Of a DNA stretch of 64,000 bases, positions 28,001 through 39,240 are shown piece by piece. The stretch is from positions 275,645 through 339,644 of the forward strand of contig NMRA01000204.1 in NCBI GenBank assembly GCA_002633005.1, read 5' to 3'. This DNA comes from Phoronis australis. Lineage: Eukaryota > Animalia > Phoronida. Within the stretch, counting starts at the first letter, position 1. Each line of letters starts with the position of its first letter. Below the pieces are notes generated by a model. The model made no database searches. It was not told the origin of the DNA and saw only the letters and a list, made by a program, of their open reading frames with translations. The translations under genes were made by a program, and so were the position numbers.

Positions 28001-31000
28001 AACCAATCCTCGTTCCGTCACCTGCTAATCACTGGCATTAATCTTGAAAGATAAAGGCAGGAATCAACTAAAATATGGTACTACCTATCTCATAAATTGG
28101 ATTTTATGGTCTTTGTTGGGTGGTCATTTCCCACAGTTGTGTAATATGCAAAAACCGTAGGTCACGCTTGCCAACTGGTAGACTTTGAAAAGTTTTCAAA
28201 TTTTCCTTCAAACTTTTGAGGGTTGTCAGAGGTTACTGAAAGCATTATTTTGTTTCTTAGAACTGGATGGGAAAATTGTTAGTATCTGTTAAGGCCAGAA
28301 CCAGGTTTGGTGTCCTTTTAAGCTAGTTTTAAAATTGCTTTCACACTCACTGACAATTACATGGGAAGCATTTGATAGCACACACTTGTGTTTTTCAATA
28401 GACCTACTAATCATGGTGTACCCAGCTCGTTAGCCTTGAAATACTCTACTGCCTTCATGTAACTGTTAATTGGAGACTTAATCTACAAGCAATGGGGAAT
28501 GATCACGCAGGACCGGTGACTCATATCGCCACCTGCCTGTACCAGGAGTTTATAAGTCTTCTCGGCAGGTGGCATAGGGGAACAGTTTTACTTAGCGAGA
28601 AGACTTTTTACAGTGTATGTGATAAGACGTGATTTATTTAAACAAAAGCTATTAAGTGCATCCTCATGGCTAGATACCACTGGCGTGATGTCCCGCGTGA
28701 CTAGTCACCAAGTCGCCATTGGGAAGTCTCTCATTGGAACTTAAAGATTGCACATTTGTTGAAATTTTTATGCAGGCAACTACAGATGTATGTAAATGGC
28801 AAACAGTTGTCGTGATTAGTGTTGGAAAAAAGAACATCGAGAACATCTCATGCCAAGAATTGTACGATGACACTTGACTTACCTCGAAATCCAACTGCTG
28901 CCTGCTGGTTTGGTAATTGGCTTAATTATGTTGCACACCCAGCAGAATTAATGAGAAGCAGAATACTGGCAACAATGCTAAAAATTTTAGGTTTTCAAAG
29001 GCATATTTCTTGTCCAATTTTCAAAATTCAAGAATCTAACCAATGCATGTACTTTTCACAAGCTATTTCAAATATGCTATTCAAAAACTTTCAAAACAAA
29101 AAGTCAGAAAAATATTTTTGTTCCCCCCTGTACTGTGTTTATGATGGGTCTGATTATCTAGAGCACCATCTAAGCACCCTGTTGCTTCCAGAGGCCATAT
29201 AATTGCCTACAACTGCATGGATCATTGCAGCAGATTTTGCGATAGGCAAACCAGCCGAGTTGCCCAATCTCGACTGGTGAGGGTGTCAATAGGATTCTTT
29301 TCATGTGAGAACTTCCTGTCTCAAAATGTCAGTTCGAAACTTGCACTTTGTGATTGTCCTCTGTTGTGTTCTTTTTCAGAAAATTGTCAAAAAAGTACAC
29401 GAGCGAGAACAGAGATACCAGGTGATGTTTTGTAACAGCGTAATTGGCCACCAGTAGTTGTTAGGCATGATAATGAATCTTGGGAGTTGAGATAACGATA
29501 AAAAGAGCTGCATGGTTATCTTGATAACTCTAATTTTATTTGTGATACTGAGACTACCTCATTGTCTTCATAACTTTGCAGTTTACAGTTTTTAGATCGT
29601 ATTTAAAATTTTGAGAGATGTGTTCACATACAGGCCTTGTATTCGGTATGTGGGAGCCCATCACTGAGAAACTCGGCGCATTCATGACACCTTGTACTTC
29701 ATCAAGAGATTTGTACAAGAACCGCAGTTATCATGATGCCTGTTTATCAGGAACACTGTGATCTAAAGACTTTTTGTGTGGAGTATAGCAATTACCACAT
29801 TAGCAATTAAACTCTAGTTATTAAAGAAATGTAATTGTGATTTTTCGATAAAAACTAACTTTTTTAAGTAGTTTCATTGGGTTTTAGTACCTCTTTGAAC
29901 TGATATAGACAATTAGCCAGCGGGAGGTGGCAGACAAAAGACTGTGGGAACGATTAACATCATAAACTAGATTAATATCTGGATTTAGCTTCAATTTGGG
30001 AACTGCTGTCACCTGGAGATTAAGCCAAGTGGGAGCTAGCATTTTGTAATGAAACTTGATTTAATCGAATATTGTGACCAGAGCTGTATGCAGCTGATCT
30101 GAATGACACTGAGAATCTTTTGTTTACCATCTAACAGGCTGTGATGAGAAACTTGGTTAAGCGCTACATTATGCACAAGGGGCGGGGCAATGATGACGAG
30201 GGCGTCACTGTGGACGACATTAGTGAAATCAAACAAGATGTGTCTGCATTCCGGTTTGAACTCCTAGAAATCCTGAAAAACAATGGGATGAAGATACCTC
30301 ACTATTCGGCTGCTAAATCATCAGGTAGTTGCTATGTGGTAGATTGATTCTTGCTTGTAAGTGGACAGGCGTACTTCGTTGAAAACTTGGCACAATCTGC
30401 AGCTGAGTGTGCTTCGTCAATAGATCGCAGTAGACAGAATCCTTGGATATCAGGAACAGTGTCCAAGCTTCTTTTGTGTGGAACAGGGCAATTACCGCAT
30501 AAGTAATGACATCGGGGCAATAAAATACCAACTGAAATAAATCAAAGTATTGTGGACTAAAACTGGCGATTTTTCAATCGCTTACGCTTCAGAAATTAAA
30601 TTACTCGTGAAAAGTTATTTTGGCATCGCCTTTTTTCCAAACAAGTGTGATGAATGTTGACTAAAAATGACACTGTTATGTCTGTTCTGTTGACCAAGGG
30701 ATGTGGTAAGTGGTTTAGGCCTTTTGAGTTCTAACAGAAGAGCTCCAGAATGCTTCACAATAGGTTAGGTGGTTATCTGATCTTGGAAAACAGTCATTCA
30801 CCTGGAGTTGAAACTAAGGGGGATATTTATATTGGGCCGTAATGAACTCTTGGACTTACCAGCTGATAACCAAAGAGCAGCACTGTAAAATAGGACTAGA
30901 GTTTGTAATGGAACTACGGTCAAGTGCAAACTGTGGTGTTCATAAAAACTGGCAAATATAATTTTTTGGCCAACTGGCAAAAAGAGAAATGTGTTTACAC

Positions 31001-31708
31001 AACTCACTATTACAGCAAATAAATTGACGAACATTGTTTTATAGCCTTATTAATGTTTTGTGTTTATATATTAACAATAATTTTATGATCAAAAATAAGC
31101 TATCCGTGTCACTAAACCGTTTGTCAACACTTTGTTAAACAGGCAAAAAGTTTGGGCGCCGGAAGAGTGGTATGACACTGGAGAGACTGAATAAGCGCAC
31201 AACTTCTGTGGAAACAATTCCTGAGACTGATGAGAAGGAAGATATTGCCAAAATCAACCTTCATGTATCGTCTAGTGATGGGGAGTTGAGTGTGAGAAGT
31301 CGCAAGATCTACAGTCGTGATAGCCCCAGCACAAGAATCAAGAGCAAAAAGTCACCTCTGACTGAGAATAAGAATGGAAAAACCCCAAATGGACGAATCC
31401 CTGACGAAGGTCTGGGAGACTCCCTGGACCAGCAAACAGAACAGCAAGAGAAGTCTGCGCCGGCGCAGAAACCAGCTGGCCACAAGGAAGTGACCCTTGA
31501 CCCTGCAGCTTTAACTAATATTGATGTGGAGGCTGGTGTCGCCGGCGATGCCAAGGGTGTTGTCACCACTGCCAAAGGTGTCGCCAACAGCCCATTTACG
31601 CACAAACCCGCTAAGCGCGTCACATTCTCTTGGCAAAACTGCAAAGAGGATGAAGACAAGAGTAAAGAAGGGGATAAGGAACCATATATCTACAATGGGA
31701 AATTGTGA
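3587..31708 (+). CDS. TRPC: Canonical transient receptor potential channel (TRPC4/5 / trp-gamma-like), whole gene: join(3587-4030,14386-14901,15929-16163,19802-19939,21167-21306,24411-24751,26733-26931,27590-27784,29380-29421,30138-30324,31143-31708), 1000 aa
   Basis: Ankyrin repeats ([39 protein letters not shown]), Zn-binding [31 protein letters not shown]6 [15 protein letters not shown] and TRP box EWKFAR. All introns are GT-AG and the exon lengths sum to 3003 nt. The frame is also open back to an acceptor at 3541-3542, so the N-terminus could extend from an upstream exon. Confidence 0.95.
8073..10866 (+). pseudogene. Candidate nested pseudogene for a secreted Cys-rich (Ly6/three-finger-like) protein; exons 8073-8139, 8941-9004, 10158-10284, 10760-10866
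   Basis: Four segments with canonical splice sites. The first encodes the signal-peptide-like [22 protein letters not shown]; the later ones give ALKCH...CTC, MCSKY...TRGQC...C and a hydrophobic tail. The model needs one frameshift and contains three internal stops. Confidence 0.4.
11729..14166. mobile_element. Non-autonomous Tc1/mariner-superfamily (Tc2/pogo-like) DNA transposon, 2438 bp
   Basis: Perfect 24-bp TIRs (CCGTAAACGTTCGGGTTAACGCCC and its reverse complement), TA target-site duplications at 11727-11728 and 14167-14168, arrays of subterminal GGGCG(G/C)TTAA motifs, a CpG-rich interior and no recognisable transposase ORF. Confidence 0.9.
14386..14901 (+). CDS. TRPC: TRPC exon 2 (ankyrin 4, TRP_2 domain)
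   Basis: ttcag|[23 protein letters not shown]...[14 protein letters not shown]|gtgag. Confidence 0.95.
15929..16163 (+). CDS. TRPC: TRPC exon 3 (pre-S1, S1)
   Basis: ttttcag|[24 protein letters not shown]...[17 protein letters not shown]|gtaag. Confidence 0.95.
18127..18605. mobile_element. MITE, PIF/Harbinger-like
   Basis: TIRs aggcctttcatactaac ... gttagtatgaaagggcct, AT-rich 3-bp flanks and internal gttaact repeats; related copy at 38938-39240. Confidence 0.65.
19802..19939 (+). CDS. TRPC: TRPC exon 4
   Basis: tttcag|(F)LLILTSQR...[17 protein letters not shown](G)|gtaag. Confidence 0.93.
20045..20545 (+). repeat. Dispersed repeat family A, copy 2
   Basis: Direct-orientation copy of 1834-2304. 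Confidence 0.85.
21167..21306 (+). CDS. TRPC: TRPC exon 5 (S2-S3)
   Basis: ttccag|[46 protein letters not shown]|gtagg. Confidence 0.95.
24047..24214 (+). repeat. Dispersed repeat family C, copy 1 (TE fragment)
   Basis: aattgacctatcgca...ggaaacgaaggtgtgtcaagaatgctg...attggtcagttaagccgtca matches the reverse complement of 34937-35105. Confidence 0.85.
24411..24751 (+). CDS. TRPC: TRPC exon 6 (S4-S5)
   Basis: gtgcag|VNYLEK...[15 protein letters not shown]...[10 protein letters not shown]...[12 protein letters not shown]...|gtaag. Confidence 0.95.
25553..25918 (+). repeat. Dispersed repeat family D, copy 1
   Basis: Shares cttcgtcaatagat, gacagaatccttggatatcaggaaca, agcttcttttgtgtgga, gaatgcttcaca and tctgatcttggaa with 30412-30788. 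Confidence 0.8.
26733..26931 (+). CDS. TRPC: TRPC exon 7 (pore helix, S6)
   Basis: tttcag|[15 protein letters not shown]...[17 protein letters not shown]|gtaag. Confidence 0.95.
27590..27784 (+). CDS. TRPC: TRPC exon 8 (TRP box)
   Basis: ttgtag|[37 protein letters not shown]...WQSIR|gtaag. Confidence 0.95.
28865..29098 (-). repeat. Dispersed repeat family B, inverted copy 2
   Basis: See 1625-1800. Confidence 0.75.
29380..29421 (+). CDS. TRPC: TRPC exon 9 (42-nt small exon)
   Basis: ctttttcag|[14 protein letters not shown]|gtgat; phase 0-0; supplies the RYQ that precedes VMRNLVKRY in TRPC proteins. Confidence 0.85.
30138..30324 (+). CDS. TRPC: TRPC exon 10 (CIRB region, coiled coil)
   Basis: ctaacag|[12 protein letters not shown]...[26 protein letters not shown]...|gtagt. 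Confidence 0.93.
30412..30788 (+). repeat. Dispersed repeat family D, copy 2
   Basis: Direct copy of 25553-25918. Confidence 0.8.
31143..31708 (+). CDS. TRPC: TRPC last exon (disordered C-tail)
   Basis: aaacag|(G)[18 protein letters not shown]...YIYNGKL*; phase matches exon 10. Confidence 0.85.
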
Positions 31709-32200
31709 TGTGATTTTAGGTTAATGTCTTTTATTGTTAAAACCGTATGTATGCTCGCTGGTGTATGGTTTTGGACCTTGTGGTCATAACAGTTTCTGTT
31801 AATGATCATTGAGTATTTAGTGACTTTAACTTTATCATATAGTTCAGTGGCAGTTTAGAAAATTGGATGTCACTGAGTCACTGAACAATACTGGTATCTC
31901 AGATGTGATAATTTGGGCAGTTGAGGTGAAGCTTGCATCACGTTTTAAGACTTCTTTGACAAGACTAGTATCAAGTTTGCATCTGAGTTGGATGCCAGGC
32001 AGGTGAGCCATCTATGATGAACATTCACAAAAGGGTCTTTTCAGCTGTGTCAAAACTAGTTAAAGCATTTGCTGGATTGTTTCATGTAACAACCAATCGT
32101 GTGAAGTGCGGAAGTTCTAGCCAGTCACTGGTGAACATCAAACAGGGCACAGCCACAAGGCATACCATCGTAATTAAGCCTTCTTTTAATGAGAAGTTTT

Positions 32201-32250
32201 GCATGTGAACGCTCACTAGAAGTCTGCATGTGAACACTCACTAGAAGTCT
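32201..32250 (+). repeat. 2 x 25-bp tandem repeat downstream of the TRPC stop
   Basis: gcatgtgaacRctcactagaagtct x2. Confidence 0.9.
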
Positions 32251-33232
32251 GCAGGATCAGTGGTCATGTGAGAGATGTATTTGTAAATGCCATGATAAAC
32301 AGGACATGTGTCAATGAAGGGTTTGTGCAATCATTCAGCTCTTGTAGATTTGCACCGTTGTGATTTGCAGCGGCCGATAGGCATGGATCTGGATATGTTG
32401 TGCTTTACTTTACCTCTAATCAATTATTGTAAGTGAGGTGATACTACCAGTACAGGTTGTGTCTTGTGGGTATGTTTTAACATAGCCATGTGTTATTAAC
32501 CAACACTATGTTTTTGTATTATTGTTATAAGTGTTGATCTCGAGCTAAAATACAAATCTTGAAGATTAGTGAATCTAAATCACTCTCTCAGCCACACTCA
32601 TGTAGGTCTATGCTTCAATTTGAAATGTCTGAATATAACGTAGTTCACCTAGGAATTGAATTTATTAGCTCTTTGTGTTTGATACTTTTCGAACTTTATG
32701 TTCTTCAAGATTTGACCTAAATAGTTCACACTTTTAACTTTCGATTGAGTTTCAGTTATGTGTAATTTTTGTTATAATTGTTTCAGTTAGTTTCAGTCAA
32801 ATAGATGGGGCGAGTGCAAGTCACATTGTCACAGCATATGTTGACAAAGTTAAAACTGTCAATGTGTGCCAGAAAAACAGATGATCACCAAAAAAGCAAA
32901 CACACTTTGCTTCTTATACAAAGCATGTATAAGAGGGACAATCATTCATTTTAATTTTGTGATGTTGAAATTCAGGATATCATTATGATTGAGTTTAGTA
33001 TACTTGGTGTCTGTGATTCTGATTAATTGACACAACATCGTTTTGTTCTATTATTGTCCCTGAAAAATGGTCAGGTATAACTTGTGTAAGAAAGCTTAAC
33101 CCCCTTGTCATTACAGAATCTTTGCTTTTGGGTTTGAGTGTAAGCAAGTGTTGAGTTCTGTAGGCCAATGGTGGTAAAATTAAGGCAATAGACTTTTGTT
33201 AGAGCTGGCTTTGTCATCTGGACTTTAGTGTT

Positions 33233-33482
33233 CTGAGGCCCGTTCCAAGAAAACTGACTTGGCTAAGACAATTTCAGTCAATTTTAAGGTACAAATTAAA
33301 TTTGTCTCACGTCCATTTCATGTCAAGAAAGAGATCTTAAGTTTGACTTTGTTTTTTGCTTACATTTTGTCGTAGTTTTGACTAACTTGCCTGATGTGGG
33401 AGTTTCAAAGTTTGGAAGTTGAGACAAGTCTTAGACTTAAGTAAAAATGAACTTAAGTCAGTTTCTAAGAACCGGGCCCCAG
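33233..33482. mobile_element. MITE with imperfect TIRs (Harbinger-like) downstream of the TRPC stop
   Basis: ctgaggcccgttccaagaaaactgactt ... aagtcagtttctaagaaccgggccccag. Confidence 0.6.
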
Positions 33483-34588
33483 GTTATTACAGGATCCTGT
33501 CTCAGTTATCAGGCCTAACTGGAGTCTGTTAATTGGAGTACATAAATCCACTATTCATTTGTCAATAACTGGGGGATAGAACTGGCTCTATAAGGTTTTT
33601 CTTCACAGACCAGTGACAAATATGAACTGTAATTGCTCTTGTATTATAGTTCCTGGATCTTGTTTATATAGCTGGTAACACAAATAGCATGTTTTGTCAG
33701 ATTTTAGATTACCACTTTTGGGCAATATGCAAATGGGGTGATCAGCCAGGAAGACAGTCTAGGTTATTTTTGATCAAATAAGAGGATTTTTAAGTGCTCA
33801 CTGTAAACCAAATTACCTGATATTTAAGGTGCAAGCCAAGTGGTCACTATTATGGTGTCACCCAATAGATTTTTAATCAAAAGTTAACCAACTTATGAAG
33901 CAGTCAGGTTCATGCATAATATGTTGCTGTGTAGAGCTCTTGGGGCAGAACTTAGTTAAACTCAACAGATACAGTATATTATTGTGTAGGTCTTTAGCCT
34001 AATCTTCAGGAACATTTCTGTCTTATTTACTGTGCATGTTATGTTTTTGCTATATGGAGATTCGTATTCGTTATTTGTACCAAGTTGTGGGCTTCAATTA
34101 TTTGTGTCAAGATTGTATTGTTTGCATGATGGTACTGAGTGAAACATTCAGTTGAGGATGGATCATTGAACTCGGTGAACACACAACCTACTTTTACGCT
34201 CAGAAACATGTTGTGCTTCTTTCAGATTTGTTTTTGTGTGATTATGTCCCCTGCGGGATATTTTGTGTCAATTTTTGATGCAAGACTGGCTTTCATTAAC
34301 ACGAAAACCACACAATAGAATCATCCCTATGTGAGTTTTAAAGCATGTCCAAACATGTGTAGTTGAAGAGTGTCCGAGTTTTTATTCATTGTAACTTCCG
34401 CGAAAGTAAATAAGAGTGATGAAATATTCATGATTTGAGTATTTTTTTAAACCTGTGATAAAACAAAAGTTTAGGTGGAGGACTGAAATTTTAAGTTCCT
34501 TGTGTGTTGGTAGAAATTTGGCAATAGTGTTTAAATAGCTGTCGTGGTAATGAGTACCTGTCTCTGTATCAAGGGATCTTTATGTAAT

Positions 34589-34747
34589 CAGGAGCGGATC
34601 CTGGATTTTTAATTGAGGAGGGGCCAGGGCAGAGTATTAGCCAGGATTTTGCCCATCAGATATTTGCACTCCTGAACTGCTAAACGGAATCTGGGAGAGT
34701 TAAAGGGGGGCCATGGCCCCCTTGGCCCCCTTCTAAATCTGTCACTG
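34589..34747. mobile_element. Small degenerate TIR element
   Basis: caggagcggatcc ... ggggggccatggccccc ... aaatctgtcactg, an architecture typical of animal MITEs. Confidence 0.45.
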
Positions 34748-34936
34748 TTGGCAACGAAAGATGAAAATTCTATTTAATTGTTAAGTGAAGATGACACACC
34801 TTTTTGTAATATTTGTAGCCGAAATATTCAGTAACTAAAAAGCATTTATGGTAAAATCTCACCAATTTCAGACAAAAATCAGACCTGCCAAAAAATCCTT
34901 TTTTGATTTTTCTTGGACTTCTAACGTCATTGTGAA

Positions 34937-35105
34937 TGCCCAAGATTTTGAGTGACGGCTTAACTGACCAATCAGAATGCAGCATTCTTGACACACCTTC
35001 GTTTCCATTAGCTGCCATTTTACCCGACAAATTACACAATGTCGGGTAAAACCTATTGTTTGTCTGTCAACTTTTCGCAAGGGGGCGAGCCTGCGATAGG
35101 TCAAT
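34937..35105 (-). repeat. Dispersed repeat family C, inverted copy 2
   Basis: See 24047-24214; the ORF track shows the same peptide [10 protein letters not shown] on opposite strands. Confidence 0.85.
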
Positions 35106-37620
35106 TTTCAAAACTGTCTGTAGCTGTGGTACATAACTTGAACATGGAAGTGCATTAACAATTGGAGAGATTTTATCGTTCAAGGAGTGTAAATATAAAT
35201 AGTTTTTTGTCATGTTGTTCCCCATTTAAGGTCTACAATTATTTACATATGTAACTGTCAGATGTTTTTGTTTACAGTTTCAGTTTGGTAAACACATCAA
35301 GGTTGTTAACATGTTATTTTAATAACTCTGGTTGCTGCAGCAAACAGCTTTTTCATGAAGGTTGATATCTTTCAAACGGCAAGCTTGTTACTGTTCAGCG
35401 CATATAAGCCCATGTACCTATATTCAAAATATTTTTTCAAAAATTTTGTGTTCAAGAATACTTTTGCATATGGACGCATGTACCCATGCTTTAGTTATAG
35501 GCGCAGGCGTCTATCTGTTGTACATGAGCATGTCTCAATTTTTCATTACGCATTTCAATTGAAGGAACAACAAAGACACACATCAAAGTCCAAGTTTTGA
35601 TGTCAACCAATTGTCAGTCTCATCTTGGTCCTCATTCAAATTAGAAGTCATTTCCAGGCTTGAGAAGAACTGGTGCCTTAGCATGGCCTCAGACCCTAGA
35701 AAAATGTCCAAATTTGGCTAATTCAGGGCTTAGAATTTCCCTCTTTTAAGAGGATTTCCTCTTTTGGTTTCAATTTCCTCTTATTCGATTGTCAGTTTTC
35801 TCTTTTCGTCTCTTTTTTATCATTATTTAGGACTCTATCCACGCAAAAATGTTTTTATTTCTCTGTTAAATTTTGCAACACAAAAATATTTCTATCACAC
35901 TATTTACTTGTGGAACGGTACGTCACCTGGAAAATTTTCGTCTTTTTTGTCACTGGTCATTCCAAGCCCTGCTAACTTCGAAACGTATCTCATAAATGGT
36001 TGATTGGATTCATATATGAAACTTTCAGATACTATGCTTTGTGCGCTGTTCTCCAAAATAGTATCAAGGATTTGATGTAGGAATATGGGCCCTAAATCTG
36101 GATATAGGAACATGGGTCTAATTCTTGATTACTAGTTTGTACCGTTTTAACGTGGGCATGAAGACTCAGTAATTTTCTGGGACGTGGATGTGTTTTTGTT
36201 AGCGAGATCCTTCTGGCTATTTACAGAAATAAACCATTTAAATTTTGACTAGTTGTGGAGTAGCAAAAAATGTGATTTTTAATTATAAAGTGGAATATTT
36301 TAGTAATAACTCAAGACAAATGTTTTTTACATGCTTCATAGGCTAACCTGTTGTTTAATGATTTCAAACAAAAAAAGGTTCATTAGTCATTTCTAGTTTA
36401 TTTTGTTGAGAATTTTAAGAGGTTTATTTTTTCTAAATTTTCTGACTAATGACGAATTCTATGTCTATTTCTTCAGTGTTCATGTCGTAGAAGGTATTAC
36501 GGGCCATTTCTATTGATGTGTGATAACCGTGGATTTCTTCCCAAGTGATTTCATGATTTCCTATAAAAGGAGCAAGAGGGATTGTTTGTAAAACAACAAA
36601 CTTGAAGTCAAAGGAGATTACAACATCAGTTGGATTAAACGAGGCGTTGAATGTCTCGTAATAAAGATAGGCTCATATTCCTCAGTGTAACCAGAGGCAT
36701 TACACACTGCAGGTTTATGACAGTGTAGTAACCCCGAGGGGCGCCCCTCCATATATCAGTGTTCAATTTGTGTCATTAACATGTTTTATGAAATAACCTC
36801 TCGTTTCGTCTAGTTATGCATCTGGTTTTCTATTTTTTCATGTTTTTCTTCATCTCTGATGCAGATTATCAAAATAATTTCAGATGGGTGCGATCGATAG
36901 GGCTTGCCATTTCAATGCATCAGGAAGTCGCGAGTCCAAACATAGTCTCATGCAAAAAGATGATTTATTGGAATTTCTATTCCACGGGTTCTTATCAAGG
37001 GACTTAATACTCCCTCTCATTTTACTTCAATTTCAAAGGCTCAAACCACCATGATAAAATCATGGTTTGCAAATTGTGAATATCTCAACAATGCCTCCTC
37101 CCTGTGTAGTGTAACTGTGTCAAGCCAATGAAATTTTAACAGTGACAAACTAGCAGGTTGGTGAAATGGTGATTAATTGTTGAATTCTATCATTCTAATA
37201 TGTGTGCATGCAGAAACTAAATTTTACATGTTACGTTGTAGTTTCTGGTCCAATTTTCTCTGCTCACGGTCGTAAATGTTACCTTGTTTAACAATTTTAT
37301 AAAAAGGAATGTATTGCAGAATCTCGTGTTCTTCAATTGTATTTTTGTATGTCTCAAGTGCACTTGTGTTGCATGTAAATAGACTATTTTCAATCCCATC
37401 GGCGTGTTCTTTATTTTAATATTTTTGAAATAATACTGCTTTGAAAGCTCAGAAATCATTTGTCAGCAATGAACAATCTTTGTTGGCATGTTGTCTTAAT
37501 CAAATGTGTCCTACATCGAAAATTGCCAAGAATGGACATTTCGTATTGGTCACGTGATTCTTTCCAACAACAGGTCTAACTTTACAAAAACTAAAAAAAA
37601 ACCAATATTGAAAGCACCAC

Positions 37621-37626
37621 TTTATT
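37621..37626 (-). terminator. Candidate CYP20A1 distal poly(A) signal
   Basis: AATAAA on the - strand followed by a T-rich tract (aatattggtttttttttagtttttg); other candidate signals lie near 39630. Confidence 0.35.
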
Positions 37627-38937
37627 TAACGTCCACATTAACTATTTACGTTAACAAGTCATTTTAGCAGACAATTATGGCAATTTTGCTCAACAAAACT
37701 AAATATTCAACTTCAATTTTAGCATCTTAATAGTGCAGCTGTCATAATGCAGCTAAGTAGTCGGCCTTCAGAACTACAAGAATGACAGTTCAGGTACTTT
37801 TCTTGGCGCAAAACGATTCACAAATTACCAGTATCATGAAATCTCACCAATTAGGAGACAAAGTGGCATGCGAGTGACATTTGATTTTTTTATTTTCATT
37901 AACAATATGTAGACTACGAGATATATTTCGCAATTTTCAATCTCTGAACCACAACTACCACAAAGCAATGACTTGAAAATTTGCAACAATGTCGGAAGAC
38001 CTTGAAAAATAAAGCAATTCCTTCAGTCCAAAATTGATGAGATTTCATAGCAATAATAATTGAATTTAATCTTGATATTTAAAGTAAGGTAACAATAAAA
38101 AATCAAGCCAACTTGACTATATCGTCGACAGATTACATGACAAACCTTCAACACAGTGATCACTAAATGAAACTGTATGGCGCATGCAAAACTGGACTTA
38201 AGATGAAGGCATAACATTGTTTCAGAAACCAGACGATCACAATCAGTGCACAGTTTTGTCACTAAACGAACGTGTCAATCAGATTTTGAATGAAACTCTA
38301 CCCAATTTCATTTCAACATACTGAAGATTGCATTTCGAACAAGAAATTAGATAAACAGAATCCACTGTGGTTCAAAAACTGGAATTCAATGTGATTGCTG
38401 TCGATTTCCACGTTATCCGCCATGAACCATCCAGTGCTGGACCCACGGCTTGACTATCGGGCTATTAACCAGACCAGTGAATAACAGCAACTGATCAATT
38501 TCGTTATTCAACCAGTTCACAGTTCTTTCAGCTCTTAATCTGGTAAAACAAGGTTACAGATATTCTGTAATTGCCAAATTTGCATAGCAAGTCATGACTG
38601 CATTAAGATTACGTTGACTTAGTCACACAAGCATAAACTAGGTGAAATGTCCAGAATTAACCTAATATGCACCAATTGCGCTTTCTGAGCACTGTGCAGA
38701 ATGAATTATTTCATTAATCAACAGCAAATGTTTTCACGATTATCCATGCAAAATATTTGTCAACCTCCAGTTTCTCGAACAGCTCAAGAGACTGTGTATT
38801 TAAGAGAACCTTGTGTCACTGGCATGTTTATGAAGGGATAAATGTTTATTCCAGTAAATGCACGCGTAATGTTCTGAGCAGAATTTGTATTGCAAGTTGA
38901 ACCCTTTAACTGATTTAACTACAGGATAAGTTATCTA

Positions 38938-39240
38938 AAGGCACTTTCATACTAAATCCACTGTTAAATGAACCGTTCACACCAGCTTCCGTAGTTAAAG
39001 ACATCGAAGTAAATGGCAAGTGATGCTGTCATCGTTGAAGTAACTGCAAAGTAGCACTGATGCATAAGGTGCCATTCGAGGCAGACTGAGAAATGGCAGG
39101 TTTTTCGTCCCGTGTGCATTAATTTTTTTCAATGTTGCAAAGTTAACTGGCACTGTTATCATCGATCCAGCACCAATAATAACCATTCATACAGACCACA
39201 ATGCCCCAAAACGTCGATGTTAATATGAAAGCTAGGCCTT
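38938..39240. mobile_element. MITE related to 18127-18605
   Basis: agggcactttcatactaa ... ttaatatgaaagctaggcct, with internal gttaactggc. Confidence 0.55.

Noticed and set aside
31309-31659. 116-aa antisense ORF
   Set aside because: It is the antisense shadow of the TRPC last exon.
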